The notes beneath the pieces were generated by a model, which made no database searches, was not told where the DNA came from, and saw only the letters and a program-made list of their open reading frames with translations. A program made the position numbers and the translations under genes. A DNA stretch of 64,000 bases, from positions 1,952,001 to 2,016,000 of the forward strand of contig OY969814.1 in the NCBI GenBank assembly GCA_963703345.1. The letters run 5' to 3'. Positions 1 to 10,032 of the stretch are shown piece by piece. The stretch comes from an uncultured Chloroflexia bacterium (GTDB lineage Bacteria; Chloroflexota; Dehalococcoidia; DSTF01; JALHUB01). The first letter of the stretch is position 1, and each line of letters starts with the position of its first letter.

Positions 1-780
1 ATCGCCCCTGGCTATCGCGCCCACCTGCTGGTCTGCGACGACCTGCGACGCCCCGTTCCGCGCCGCGTCTACTTCGAAGGACGCCTCGTCGCCGAAGACG
101 GCGTCGCTCTCTTCGACTCGCCCGCTGCCGTGCCGTCCGAGTTGCTGCGCACCGTCAACGTCGGCACCCTGACCGTCGACGACCTCGCGCTGCCCGCCGC
201 CGGTCCCCGCTATCCCGTCATCGAAGCGATTCCCGGGCAGATCCTCACCGGCCGCCGCCTGCAGGAAGTGCGAGTGGAAGAAGGACGTGTCACCCCCGAG
301 CCGGAGCGCGACATCCTCAAGCTTGCCGTCGTCGAGCGACACCACGGCAGCGGCCGAGTCGGCGTCGGGCTGGTCAGCGGCTTTGGCCTGAAGCGCGGCG
401 CTCTCGCCTCCTCCTACGCCCACGATTCCCACAACATCATCGCCGTCAGCGCCAGCGACGACGATATGCTGCATGCCGTCCGTCAGGTAACCGAGATGCA
501 GGGCGGCCTCGTCGTGGTAGACCAGGGCCGGGTCCTCGCCGCGCTGCCTCTGCCAATCGCCGGAATAATGTCGCTGGAACCAGCGGCGCAAGTCTCCCAT
601 CGATGGGCCCTGCTCAATCCGCCGCAGCGGACGGCCCGCTCCCTCGGCGCGACAATTCCCGAGCCCTTCGCCGTCCTCTCTTTCCTCTCACTGCCCGTCA
701 TCCCTTCGCTCCGCCTCACCGACAAAGGCCTCGTCAACGTCGGAGAAGGCGGCCTCTACGATTTCTCTCGACTCTCGTAG
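1..780 (+). CDS. ade: Adenine deaminase, C-terminal part (5' truncated by window edge)
   Basis: Open frame from base 1 (IAPGYRAHLLV...). Motifs VVERHH, GALASSYAHDSHNII, LPLPIAGIMS and LSLPVIPSLRLTDKGL are typical of the Ade C-terminal domain. Confidence 0.92.
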   Translation: MAPGYRAHLLVCDDLRRPVPRRVYFEGRLVAEDGVALFDSPAAVPSELLRTVNVGTLTVDDLALPAAGPRYPVIEAIPGQILTGRRLQEVRVEEGRVTPEPERDILKLAVVERHHGSGRVGVGLVSGFGLKRGALASSYAHDSHNIIAVSASDDDMLHAVRQVTEMQGGLVVVDQGRVLAALPLPIAGIMSLEPAAQVSHRWALLNPPQRTARSLGATIPEPFAVLSFLSLPVIPSLRLTDKGLVNVGEGGLYDFSRLS

Positions 781-911
781 CCCATCTCCGACCGCAATAC
801 ATCCCTCTCGCCGGTCGCGCCTCCTCTGCCAATGGTATACTGGCCTTAGACGACATAGTGAGACCCAACGCGACAGGGCTGCTGCGCAGGGAAGACGGAA
901 GGGAGGCTGTC

Positions 912-1367
912 ATGGTGTTCTCCAGAAGATTCGCCTTTGGTCTAGCGCTCATCCTCCTGCTGCTGGCAGGACCTTCCGCAGTGGCCTGCGGCAGTTCCTC
1001 GAAGAGCTCCACGCCCACGCCCGGCATGACGATGGCGCCCGCGGGTACGAAGGCGGCCACATCGCAGGCTACCGCCGCCGGCACGGCCCAGCCGGGAGCA
1101 GTGACGATCTCCGATTTCAAGTTCACGCCGCCGTCCATCACCGTCAAAGTCGGCGATACCGTGGTCTGGACGAACAATGGCCCGTCCACCCACACCGCCA
1201 CCGCCGACGACGGCAGCTTCGACAGCGGCAATATGGCGCAGGGCAAGACCTTCTCGCATACGTTCCAGACCGCCGGCACCTTCTCCTACCACTGCACCGT
1301 TCACCCGTTCATGACGGCGCAGGTCGTCGTGCAGTCCGGGTCGAGCGCCTTGAGCCCCGGCTACTGA
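912..1367 (+). CDS. Cupredoxin (plastocyanin/amicyanin-like) lipoprotein
   Basis: GGGAGG RBS, signal peptide with lipobox-like AVAC, type 1 copper ligands H(TAT)...YHCTVHPFM. Confidence 0.88.
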   Translation: MVFSRRFAFGLALILLLLAGPSAVACGSSSKSSTPTPGMTMAPAGTKAATSQATAAGTAQPGAVTISDFKFTPPSITVKVGDTVVWTNNGPSTHTATADDGSFDSGNMAQGKTFSHTFQTAGTFSYHCTVHPFMTAQVVVQSGSSALSPGY

Positions 1368-1468
1368 CGGCGGAATAGTCGCGGGGGCGCCGCAGAGCAG
1401 GAGTGCTTCCCGCTAAGTCGACTATGCCCTAGAATAGCCTTGAATACTTCCGGAGGTGCTTGCGACCT

Positions 1469-1756
1469 ATGACCTACGTCATCACCACGCCCTGCATCGA
1501 CGTCAAAGACCGCGCCTGCGTCGACGTCTGTCCCGTCAACTGCATCCACGAAGAAGGCGACGCCGACCGCATGCTCTACATCGACCCCAACGAGTGCATC
1601 GACTGCGGCGCCTGCGAGCCTTCCTGTCCCGTGACCGCCATCTTCGCCGAGGACGACGTGCCCGACAGCGTCAAAGAATTCGCCGCGCTCAACGCCCAAT
1701 GGTACCAGGACAAAGACGCCGTTCGCGCCCGCGTCAACGCCATCAAGCCCGCCTAG
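1469..1756 (+). CDS. Ferredoxin (7Fe/FdxA type)
   Basis: GGAGG RBS; MTYVITTPCIDVKDRACVDVCPVNC and ECIDCGACEPSCP motifs. Confidence 0.93.
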   Translation: MTYVITTPCIDVKDRACVDVCPVNCIHEEGDADRMLYIDPNECIDCGACEPSCPVTAIFAEDDVPDSVKEFAALNAQWYQDKDAVRARVNAIKPA

Positions 1757-1804
1757 CGCCGACCGTATCTTCGACCTCAACCCGCATCGGGTGGGAGAGG
1801 ACTC

Positions 1805-1828
1805 GTAGGGGAGGACTGAAGTCCTCCC
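1805..1828 (+). repeat. GTAG-type REP-like palindrome
   Basis: GTAG followed by GGGAGGAC-TGAA-GTCCTCCC hairpin downstream of the ferredoxin gene. Confidence 0.45.
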
Positions 1829-1856
1829 GCTAACCTGCGGAGTTCCGTGCCCGCCA

Positions 1857-2291
1857 ATGTTGACAACAGCGATGACGACGGATCCGAAGACGGCTCGGCG
1901 CGTCTTCGTTCTTCTCGCGGTATTGATCTTGGCCATGATCGCCATCGGGGTTTGGACGGTCATCCTTCGCGACTGGCTCTTCTTGGCGCTCTGGGCCTTT
2001 TGCTCAGTTGACATGGTTGGCATGGCGACCAGGCACTTCAGCGTCGGCTGGCCGGGGTCGCGCTTGGATTGCTACCGCGAGTTACCGTGGATTCGCCTGT
2101 CGAAGGCTCAGGGGATCGTGGCCGGTCTCATTTTCGTGGCTGCGACTGCCGTTGCCCTGATTGCGTTTGCCGAGGGGAACAGGGTGGCCCTTCTTGCCTT
2201 CGTCGCGTTGCTCGCGCTCGTGGATGCGCTTTGGCTTGCCCGGACTATACGGAGAAAAGGCTGGCGGCGCAAGAAGGAGGGGAAGTCGTAA
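1857..2291 (+). CDS. Hypothetical membrane protein (about 4 TM)
   Basis: ORF with four hydrophobic segments and a basic C-terminus. Confidence 0.6.
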   Translation: MLTTAMTTDPKTARRVFVLLAVLILAMIAIGVWTVILRDWLFLALWAFCSVDMVGMATRHFSVGWPGSRLDCYRELPWIRLSKAQGIVAGLIFVAATAVALIAFAEGNRVALLAFVALLALVDALWLARTIRRKGWRRKKEGKS

Positions 2292-2369
2292 GGTAGACCC
2301 GGCGCGTCGCCAGCGACCCGCCTCACCGCTGCAGTTACCTCAACCTCGGAACCGAGAAGGGTCTCGTCC

Positions 2370-2987
2370 TCACGGACTGACGGTACCAACTACGACCGGC
2401 GTCGCTTCCGCCTTGGCCGCGGCATCCGGCGTCCAGCCGATGACCGCCGCCTTCCCTAGATCGATCCACACGTTTACCGCAGTGACGTTTGAGAACTTGG
2501 CGGTGTAGACCGTCACGAGATAGCTCACCTTCGCGCTGTCCCAGCTCACGCCTCGCCACTCGCCGTCGATCGTCGCCGGCTGCGAAAGCTCCATAACCAC
2601 CACGCCGCCGATCAGCGTTCCCTCGCTGTTGGCCCACGCCGCGACGCTGGACTTGGGAGCCGACAGACCCGCCAACACACGCGCGATGTTCGCGTCCTTC
2701 GACGCAAGGTCGACCAGATTCTGCTTCAGGTCCGACGTCAGCGTGGGACGAGGAGTCGGTGGGGTAGCCATAGCCACCGTCGGCAAGGTCGCGGGCGCCG
2801 ACGCCGCTGGGCCGGCTGGAGCGGTTGACGCAGGCGAAGTCGGCGCGAGCGACGAAGTGGCAGTAGATGACGCCGGCGTAGCCGATGCCGTAGGCGGCGC
2901 GGCCTTCTCCGACCCGCACGCCGCCGACGCCAGCGCCAACGTCATAAGGACAACAACACAAACGCGAATCAGCATTCTCAAAGCCAT
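2370..2987 (-). CDS. Hypothetical lipoprotein with Pro/Ala/Thr-rich linker
   Basis: AGGAG RBS, signal peptide with LASAAC lipobox, low-complexity linker, globular C-terminus. Confidence 0.75.
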   Translation of the reverse strand: MALRMLIRVCVVVLMTLALASAACGSEKAAPPTASATPASSTATSSLAPTSPASTAPAGPAASAPATLPTVAMATPPTPRPTLTSDLKQNLVDLASKDANIARVLAGLSAPKSSVAAWANSEGTLIGGVVVMELSQPATIDGEWRGVSWDSAKVSYLVTVYTAKFSNVTAVNVWIDLGKAAVIGWTPDAAAKAEATPVVVGTVSP

Positions 2988-3124
2988 CCCGCCGTACTCC
3001 TCCTAGCCGACGGCAGGCCCTCCGCTCATACTTGCCGGTCTCGGCCCATCAATGCCGCGGGCTTCAACCCGCGCCGTTTTTGCTGTTCACCGCGCCCCAA
3101 GAAGGACGGCCGACAGTGAAGCCG

Positions 3125-3475
3125 TCACTCCTTCGGCACGCGCACGTGGTGCGGAATCTCCGACGGCACCTCCAGCAGAAGCTCCACCAGGCCGGCGAGC
3201 GCCCCATTCCGGTACCATGGCGATTGGCACACCAGCCTCCTCACGCCGTCCCGCTCTATCGTATAAACGTTCGTCTCCCCCGACTGGAGAAGTTCCTTGA
3301 TCTTACTCCGAGACGGCTCAAGGTGCACCTCGAACAGGCTCTTGCCCAGCAAATCGCGTCCGCCCCTGTTGGCGAACCACTCGACAGCCTTGTCGTTCAT
3401 CTCGACGATCTTCCCGTCCAGGTCGGAGACGATAACCGGCTCGGGAAACTCCTTGACCCACTCGTTCTCTGCCAT
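3125..3475 (-). CDS. Stand-alone PAS-domain protein
   Basis: MAENEWVKEFPEPVIVSDLDGKIVEMNDKA...LLGKSLFEVH is a PAS-like N-terminus; GAGGAG RBS. Confidence 0.78.
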   Translation of the reverse strand: MAENEWVKEFPEPVIVSDLDGKIVEMNDKAVEWFANRGGRDLLGKSLFEVHLEPSRSKIKELLQSGETNVYTIERDGVRRLVCQSPWYRNGALAGLVELLLEVPSEIPHHVRVPKE

Positions 3476-3510
3476 CTCTCTTCTCCTCGAGTACGAATGA
3501 CCTTGCGCTC

Positions 3511-4551
3511 TCACTCCTTGAGCGACAACTGCTCCGGCAACTGCTCCCAGTCCGACCGAAGCGGCGCCATCAACCGGTCGCCCAAGCGTCCGACCCGCTT
3601 GTCCAGCTCGTCGTACTTCGACTTCGCGTGCCCGATGTGCGTCCCCAGCACCCCGAACTCCTCGCGGAAGCGGTCGTACTCGCTGCCCAGACGCCCCAGG
3701 TGGTCGATAATCTCCCGCGCGCGCTCCTCAACCCGCAGCCCCTTCAGCCCCAGCACAATCGCCTGCAGATACCCGTAGAAGCTGTTCGGCGACACCGGTA
3801 TGACCCGACGCCCCAGCGCGTACGCGCACGGCCCTTCGCCCTCCGACATCATGTCTTCGCGCGAAAACGTCTCGTAGTACACGCCCTCCGCCGGGATGTA
3901 CATCAGCGCGAACTCGAACGTCCCCTCGTCCGGCACGATGTACTTCGCGACGGCATCGATGTGGCTCCGCACGTCCCGCAGGAAGGCGCGGCGCAGCGAC
4001 GCCCGCTCCTCGTCCGTCTCCGCCGCCACCATACGGTTGAAGCTTTCCATCGGGAACTTCGAGTCGATGGGCACCAGCCCACTGCCCAGGCAGATCACAG
4101 CGTCCACCATCTCCCCGTTGCGGAAGCGGTGCTGAAAGCGATAGTTCTCCGGCGGCAGGATCTGCGTCAGCAGATTCTCCAGCAGCAGCTCCCCGAATCC
4201 GCCGCGCACCTTCGGCGGCTTGAGGATGTCCTGCAACTGGCCGATATTCTTCCCGACCTCCAGCATCTGCTGACTCGACGCGTCCAGCTTCCCGAGCTGC
4301 TGCCCCACGTTCCGCATCGTCTCCGCCGTCGACGCAAACGACGTGTTCATCGTCTGCTGCACGCTGCTCAGCCCCGCCGACAAGCGCTGGTCCAGCCCTT
4401 CGATTCGCTGCTCCAGCCCCTGCTGCGTTATCGCCATCATCTGCGCCACGTTCGCCGCCGTGTTGACCCGCTGCGATCTCAGCCTCTCCCACGCCAGCAC
4501 ACCGACCATGCCTATCAGCACCACCAGCAGAATGACTACCAACGCTTCCAT
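3511..4551 (-). CDS. rmuC: DNA recombination protein RmuC
   Basis: N-terminal TM, coiled coil, RGGFGE...L, PIDSKFP, KYI.PDEGT.EFALMYIPAEGVY, VSPN motifs. Confidence 0.93.
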   Translation of the reverse strand: MEALVVILLVVLIGMVGVLAWERLRSQRVNTAANVAQMMAITQQGLEQRIEGLDQRLSAGLSSVQQTMNTSFASTAETMRNVGQQLGKLDASSQQMLEVGKNIGQLQDILKPPKVRGGFGELLLENLLTQILPPENYRFQHRFRNGEMVDAVICLGSGLVPIDSKFPMESFNRMVAAETDEERASLRRAFLRDVRSHIDAVAKYIVPDEGTFEFALMYIPAEGVYYETFSREDMMSEGEGPCAYALGRRVIPVSPNSFYGYLQAIVLGLKGLRVEERAREIIDHLGRLGSEYDRFREEFGVLGTHIGHAKSKYDELDKRVGRLGDRLMAPLRSDWEQLPEQLSLKE

Positions 4552-4574
4552 GTCCTCGCCCCCGTGCCTGCCCG

Positions 4575-6200
4575 CTATTGAATCTCGATTCGCTCCGCGT
4601 ACTCAGGAACGATAACCTCGATCCCGCTCCCCTTCAACCCCTCGACGAAATACCCCGGCGACTCCGTATGCACGCTCACCATCGTCTGCGGCGCGATCTC
4701 CTGGATCAGCTCCAGCAGGTCGCCCGCCGTCGCGTGCCCCGACGCGTGCAGCCCCGGATGCTCCAGTCCGCGCTCGCCCGACGCGTCGCGATACGGCAGC
4801 CCCTTGCCTTCCATCCCGAAGTGCCGCAGCCAGTTGTGCAGCCGCCGGAAGTCGATGTCCTGCTCCTCGCTGTAGCTCTCACTCGACGAGTAGATGTACT
4901 TGCCGCCCTGCGGCTCCATGTCGATGAGGTTCTTCACGTCCCAGAAGCTGAAGCACACGATGAAGTCGCCGCCCGACGCCTTGACGTCCGGCCCCGTCAC
5001 CAGGCGACTCGCGTACCTCTGGCGAAGCGTCTGCTCCCAGAACGCCGGCGCCGCCTTCAAGTCGCGATAGATCAGCATCTCCGGCGAATCGCCCACCGTC
5101 GGCACCTCCGACGAAGCCAGGCGCATCTTCTCCAGCAGGAACGCGTCCTTCGCCAGCACCACCAGCTTCCGATTCGTCGCCCGCGCCACGTCGAGGAACG
5201 TGCACAGCCGCTCGACGTTCCGCGGCCCGAAATCCGCGACCACCAGGCCGTCGGTGGTGTGCACCTCTTGCAGGACGTTCTCCCCGACCTCTTTCTCGGT
5301 CATCTGCTCGTCCTGGCCCCTCGCGGCTCCCGCGCGCGTCCCCTCGCAGACCAGCGCCCGCGGCCGCAGCGCCTTCGCCTCCGCGATGAAGCGACGCGTC
5401 ATCTCCCCGCGCGATCCGTGCAGTCGCAGGTCGCCCGTGTACACGATCCAGCCGGCGCTCGTCTCCACCGCCCAGGCGCAGGCCCCGTAGACCGAGTGGT
5501 CAACCGGAAAGTGGCGCACCTGCAGCCCGCCGACCCGGTCGCACGACGAATCGCACTCGCAGCAGTGCAGGTTGCGGCCTGTGCCCGGCTTCTGACGCCA
5601 GAACCGCGCCGCCTCCTCGCTCAGCCCGTCGACCAGCACGAAAGGGCGCATCACGTACGGGTTCTTGCGCCAGTCGCTGCCTTTGATGATGTCGTAGTCT
5701 GGGTCCACCTCGCGCGGCGCGAAGTAGCAGACCTCCTTCTCCAGCTCCGCTATCCCGCTGTCCTGCATCGACTTCGCGATGAACGCCGTCATCGCGGTCG
5801 AGTAGATGGGGATGTCCTCCCGCAGGAACGAGATGTAGCCCGTGTGGTCGATGTGCGCGTGCGACACCAGCACCGCGTCCACGTGGTCGATAGCCGCGTA
5901 GCCGGGGTGCTCGCGGTATCGCTCCCAGACGCCGCCCGGCGGAATGAGATCGCTACGGTAGATGCCCTCCAGGCGCGGCAGCAGCGGGCCGAAGAAGATG
6001 CCCTGCTCGTTCGTGTACTGCATTTCCAGGAGGTCGAGCAGTCCCGCGCCGGGCCGTGGTTTCAGGTACTCCTCGAAGTACTGCTCGCGGACCTTGAATG
6101 ATGTCCCGAAGTCGAAGAACAGGCGGGTTGTGCCGTCCTCCAGCAGGATCTTGTTCCCGCCGATGCTCCTCGCTCCCCCGTAGACCGTAATCGCAATCAC
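4575..6200 (-). CDS. MBL/beta-CASP RNase J-like nuclease
   Basis: IGGNKIL, DFG, SHAHIDH, DHS, YTGDLRLHG, CEGT, HASGHA, VHTE motifs. Confidence 0.88.
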   Translation of the reverse strand: MIAITVYGGARSIGGNKILLEDGTTRLFFDFGTSFKVREQYFEEYLKPRPGAGLLDLLEMQYTNEQGIFFGPLLPRLEGIYRSDLIPPGGVWERYREHPGYAAIDHVDAVLVSHAHIDHTGYISFLREDIPIYSTAMTAFIAKSMQDSGIAELEKEVCYFAPREVDPDYDIIKGSDWRKNPYVMRPFVLVDGLSEEAARFWRQKPGTGRNLHCCECDSSCDRVGGLQVRHFPVDHSVYGACAWAVETSAGWIVYTGDLRLHGSRGEMTRRFIAEAKALRPRALVCEGTRAGAARGQDEQMTEKEVGENVLQEVHTTDGLVVADFGPRNVERLCTFLDVARATNRKLVVLAKDAFLLEKMRLASSEVPTVGDSPEMLIYRDLKAAPAFWEQTLRQRYASRLVTGPDVKASGGDFIVCFSFWDVKNLIDMEPQGGKYIYSSSESYSEEQDIDFRRLHNWLRHFGMEGKGLPYRDASGERGLEHPGLHASGHATAGDLLELIQEIAPQTMVSVHTESPGYFVEGLKGSGIEVIVPEYAERIEIQ

Positions 6201-8155
6201 GAAGATGCAACAATCCTCTCGACTAGCTCTCTCATCATTCGCGCAGGCTTGCCCCTCTTCTCCGCCTCACAAAGGACGCTCCTCACAACGTGGGGACTCT
6301 TAAGCGCCCTGTCATTGCTGTCATAGCCAAGCTCGCTTCTGCATCGACCCACAAGTTCATCGAATAGTTCTGCACCAATCTCCTCTCGAAGCGCCCGCTC
6401 CAGCTCGTACTCGAAGCACGCGCCGTTGTCCCACACCCCTCTGGGCCAGGGATTTGGATCCCTGCCCAACAAACGGAGGAGGGTTCCGTTCATTTTAGCG
6501 CTGTCGCGTTGCTGACCCTCATTCCCCTGTCCCCTGTCACCATCCCAGATCACGTATGTCGCGATTCCCAGGGTGCTGAATATGGCAGCAGGCCGATCCA
6601 AATTGTACTTCCCACCGCATGGCAGAACAGAGATGCCTTTCCCCTCGAAATCGCATCCGCTCGCCTGCGCTGCACCCAGCAGTGCCGCTCTGTCGCTCTC
6701 GCCCTCCGTCAACACTGCCACCCGCGCAAAGAAACCCTCGTTTACCCATGGCGTCATCACGGCCGCCAGCCGCGCCTTAAGTCCCGCCACCGAAAACGTG
6801 CCCTGGGGCACATTGTGGGCTGTTTCCAATGTATGGACGATGTCCTCCAAATCAACCTCAGAGACTTGGGTGGATTTCCCCTCCCCGACCGTCCGTGCTT
6901 GCTTCCGCAGTACCCGTATCTGATCCGCCCGATCAATGCCGGTGAACAGAGGCGAATGGGTCGTGTATATCACCTGGGTTGTGTCGGCCACGCCAGCGAT
7001 GCTTCCGTCGCTCAATTGGAGAAGGACCCTAGCTATGAGACGCTGCCTGTCCGGGTGTTGGTACAGCTCCGGCTCTTCAATTCCCAATATTAGACTGCAC
7101 CCCGCCTCCGCGAGACCATTCCCCTCCTGGTCCTCCTCCGCTCTCTCGCCTGCGCTCTGCGTCGCGCTCACTGCTAAGTGCTGCAATAACGTCAGAATAA
7201 GAGCCCGCTGGGCTCCATGACCGCACCGTTCGATTGTAGACGCGTGTTCGTCTTCACGTAGCCGGGTATCCGCTGTCGGCATCGGTATGCGGATCTCTCC
7301 GGTCTCCCAAGTCATCTCCACATCCGTGCCGGGAGCGTAGGTAGCAAGAGTCTGTCCTAGTCGAGATTCCAAATCCCGCAGTTGCACTTCAGTCTTTCTC
7401 TGCATGATCTCTAGGTAGCGCGTCTGGGTTTCCTCCTCAAACTGGCGCACATCTTCGCACGTCCTCAGCTCGCTTCTCACCACGAGATCCAACAGTTGGC
7501 TGATCGTTGTGTTTTTGCCCTTCTCAGTGCCGATATCTGATGCGTCCAGCACCGCCGGAATCAGGACAAACTTGGTCCTGTTGTCGAGGCGACCACCTCC
7601 CACGTTCCGCGCACCGAAGAACTGCTCTTCCTTCCTTAGCTTGATGAGTCTTTCACGATGGGCATCCTCCCACTCCCTCAGAATCCCCTCCCCATGCTCC
7701 CTGCCGCGAACCGCAGCGGGCAACTCCTCGTAGCCCCCCGTCTCTCGGAGCGCAGCGTACCCAGCTCTCCAGTCCGTCCACACCGGAATGGCTCTGAGCT
7801 CGGCAAAATCCGGATTTTGGAGCTTAAAGCCAAAGTACTTCTGGCTCCTCTGGCCCTGACCACAGAGCATTTCCTTCTCCACCACGAGCGCGTCATTCTC
7901 AACATAGCTTCCAAAGAGCGCTTTCTCATCAGGCGACAAGTCCTCGTACGTCACCGTAACGAGAATTGGCTCTTCTCGCTCGTAGCAATCATCCTCCGAG
8001 AACCTAGCGTCCACGTCGTAGAAAAGCTCAAGTGCACGAAGGAAGCTGGATTTTCCACATCCGTTTGGACCGACCAGTACTGTCAGTCGGCGGCAGTTGA
8101 GGATTCCATCTTGAATGCACCGGAAGTTCTGCACCCGCACCGACTCAATTATCAT
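6197..8155 (-). CDS. OLD-family ATP-dependent nuclease (ABC ATPase + TOPRIM)
   Basis: Walker A GPNGCGKS, signature GHGAQRAL, Walker B IEEPE, H-loop TTHSP, TOPRIM EGESD and DGD. Confidence 0.92.
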   Translation of the reverse strand: MIIESVRVQNFRCIQDGILNCRRLTVLVGPNGCGKSSFLRALELFYDVDARFSEDDCYEREEPILVTVTYEDLSPDEKALFGSYVENDALVVEKEMLCGQGQRSQKYFGFKLQNPDFAELRAIPVWTDWRAGYAALRETGGYEELPAAVRGREHGEGILREWEDAHRERLIKLRKEEQFFGARNVGGGRLDNRTKFVLIPAVLDASDIGTEKGKNTTISQLLDLVVRSELRTCEDVRQFEEETQTRYLEIMQRKTEVQLRDLESRLGQTLATYAPGTDVEMTWETGEIRIPMPTADTRLREDEHASTIERCGHGAQRALILTLLQHLAVSATQSAGERAEEDQEGNGLAEAGCSLILGIEEPELYQHPDRQRLIARVLLQLSDGSIAGVADTTQVIYTTHSPLFTGIDRADQIRVLRKQARTVGEGKSTQVSEVDLEDIVHTLETAHNVPQGTFSVAGLKARLAAVMTPWVNEGFFARVAVLTEGESDRAALLGAAQASGCDFEGKGISVLPCGGKYNLDRPAAIFSTLGIATYVIWDGDRGQGNEGQQRDSAKMNGTLLRLLGRDPNPWPRGVWDNGACFEYELERALREEIGAELFDELVGRCRSELGYDSNDRALKSPHVVRSVLCEAEKRGKPARMMRELVERIVASS

Positions 8156-8161
8156 GACCGC

Positions 8162-8374
8162 CTACCCCACACGGATGTAGCTGTACCGGCCTTTGACGTG
8201 TTGGTTCAGGTACGCTCCGTGGGAAGAAGCCGCCATCAACCCGGCGTGAACCGCTTCCGGCACCCCGGAGTACTGATATGTCGCTCCAGCCTTGAACTCA
8301 ACTTCCAGGGTTCGAGACTCCGAGTCGTAGCCCACAGAGACGAGGTTACTGGAACTGACGGGTTCGCGAATCAT
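8162..8374 (-). CDS. KTSC domain protein
   Basis: REPVSSSNLVSVGYD...LEVEF..G..YQY.GVP...LM.A.S.G.YLN pattern. Confidence 0.93.
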   Translation of the reverse strand: MIREPVSSSNLVSVGYDSESRTLEVEFKAGATYQYSGVPEAVHAGLMAASSHGAYLNQHVKGRYSYIRVG

Positions 8375-8419
8375 TCGTCACCCTTTCGCTGCGCCACCAG
8401 AAGGTGGCAACCCTGTCCT

Positions 8420-8437
8420 CGAACATGTATTCTAGCA
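8420..8437 (-). promoter_or_regulatory. Putative LexA box overlapping extended -10 (TGcTAGAAT) upstream of the KTSC-OLD operon
   Basis: + strand CGAAC-ATGT-ATTCT resembles GAAC-N4-GTTC; nearly the same arrangement lies upstream of uvrA. Confidence 0.6.
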
Positions 8438-8534
8438 CCGTCGTCAAGAGGAAGCTAGGGGTTTTCGCGCCCGCGACCCCGATATGCCGCGGGCTTTAGC
8501 TCGTGCTCAAAAGCAACCGCAGAGAGGAGCGCCA

Positions 8535-8672
8535 ATGTTCCGCGAAGAACGCCGATCCGGCGCCAACCTTAACCACGACGCCGAGGTTTGGGCCACATTT
8601 CGACGCAAATTGGCGCCATATTTTGAATCTGAGTGTGCGCATCCCAAATCTGGAAAAGACGCGAAAAAATAA
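8535..8672 (+). CDS. Possible 45-aa hypothetical protein in an AT-richer spacer
   Basis: AGAGGAG RBS before ATG; no recognisable motif. Confidence 0.3.
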   Translation: MFREERRSGANLNHDAEVWATFRRKLAPYFESECAHPKSGKDAKK

Positions 8673-8712
8673 TTGAATTCAATGGGTCAATTAAGCGACG
8701 GGCCGTGCCCTA

Positions 8713-10032
8713 TTAAGGTGGCAGTCTCTCCCGAAGCGCATCCACCAGCCCCTCCACCGGCACCCGCACCTGGTCCATCGAGTCCCGCTCCCGGATAGTC
8801 ACCGCCCGGTCCTCCAGCGTATCGAAGTCCACCGTCACACAGAACGGCGTCCCAATCTCGTCCTGCCGACGGTACCGCCGCCCGATGCTCTGCGCGTCGT
8901 CGTACGCCGTCATGAAGTGCGGCCGCAGCAGCGACCACACCTCGCGCGCCGTCGGTACCAGCTTCTCATTGCGACTCAGCGGCAGAACCGCCGCCTTGAT
9001 CGGCGCCAGACGCGGGTCCAGCTTCAGAAGCACCCGCTTCTCGCCGCGCACCTCCTCCTCCCGGTAGGCGTCGACGATGAACGCCAGCAGCGGCCGGTCC
9101 ACTCCCGCCGACGGCTCGATGATGAACGGCACCACGTGCTCGCCCTTCTCCTCGTCGAAGTAGCTAAGCGTCACGCCGCTCTCCTTCGAATGCTGCTGCA
9201 GGTCGAAGTCCCGCCGGTTCGCGATGCCCTCCAGCTCCAGCCAGCCCATCGGGAACTGATACTCCACGTCTGAGCACGCCGCCGCGTAGTGCGCCAGGTC
9301 TTTCTGCTCGTGCGCCGTCAGACGCAGGTTCTCCGGCCGCATCCCCAGGTCAACGTACCAGCGCAGCCGCTCCTCCATCCAGTACTCGTGCCAGCGCTGC
9401 GCCTCCTCCGGCCGCACGAAGAACTCGATCTCCATCTGCTCGAACTCCCGCGTCCGGAAGACGAAATGGCGCGGGTTCACCTCGTTGCGGAACGACTTCC
9501 CGATCTGCGCCATCCCGAACGGCAGCTTCTTGCGGCTGCTCGTCAGCACGTTCTCGAAGTTGACGAACATCCCCTGTGCCGTCTCCGGCCGCAGATAGAC
9601 GACGCTCGCCTCATCCTCCAGCGGTCCGGCGAACGTCTTGAACAGCAGGTTGAACATGCGCGCCTCGGTGAACTGCCCGACGGCGCCGCAGTTCGGACAC
9701 CGGTCCTCCTCGATCTCGTCCGCGCGGAAGCGGGCCTGGCAGTTGCGGCAGTCGACCATCGGGTCCGCGAACGTCGCGACGTGTCCGCTTGCCACCCAGA
9801 CCTGCGGGTGCATCAGGATCGCCGCGTCCATCCCCACCATGTCCTCGCGCTCCTGGACGTTCGTCCTCCACCAGGCGCGCTTGATGTTGTTCTTCATCTC
9901 CACGCCGAGCGGCCCGTAGTCCCACGCGCCGGCCAGGCCGCCGTAGATCTCGCTGCTCTGGAATATGAAGCCGCGCCGCTTGCACAGCGACACGATCTCG
10001 TCCATATCCACGCGATTCTCGGTTTCCGTCAC
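8713..10032 (-). CDS. glyQS: Glycine--tRNA ligase (alpha2 type)
   Basis: [53 protein letters not shown] motifs. Confidence 0.97.
   Translation of the reverse strand: MTETENRVDMDEIVSLCKRRGFIFQSSEIYGGLAGAWDYGPLGVEMKNNIKRAWWRTNVQEREDMVGMDAAILMHPQVWVASGHVATFADPMVDCRNCQARFRADEIEEDRCPNCGAVGQFTEARMFNLLFKTFAGPLEDEASVVYLRPETAQGMFVNFENVLTSSRKKLPFGMAQIGKSFRNEVNPRHFVFRTREFEQMEIEFFVRPEEAQRWHEYWMEERLRWYVDLGMRPENLRLTAHEQKDLAHYAAACSDVEYQFPMGWLELEGIANRRDFDLQQHSKESGVTLSYFDEEKGEHVVPFIIEPSAGVDRPLLAFIVDAYREEEVRGEKRVLLKLDPRLAPIKAAVLPLSRNEKLVPTAREVWSLLRPHFMTAYDDAQSIGRRYRRQDEIGTPFCVTVDFDTLEDRAVTIRERDSMDQVRVPVEGLVDALRERLPP

Noticed and set aside
6197-8700. Gabija or retron assignment for the OLD nuclease
   Set aside because: No UvrD helicase or reverse transcriptase gene in the window.
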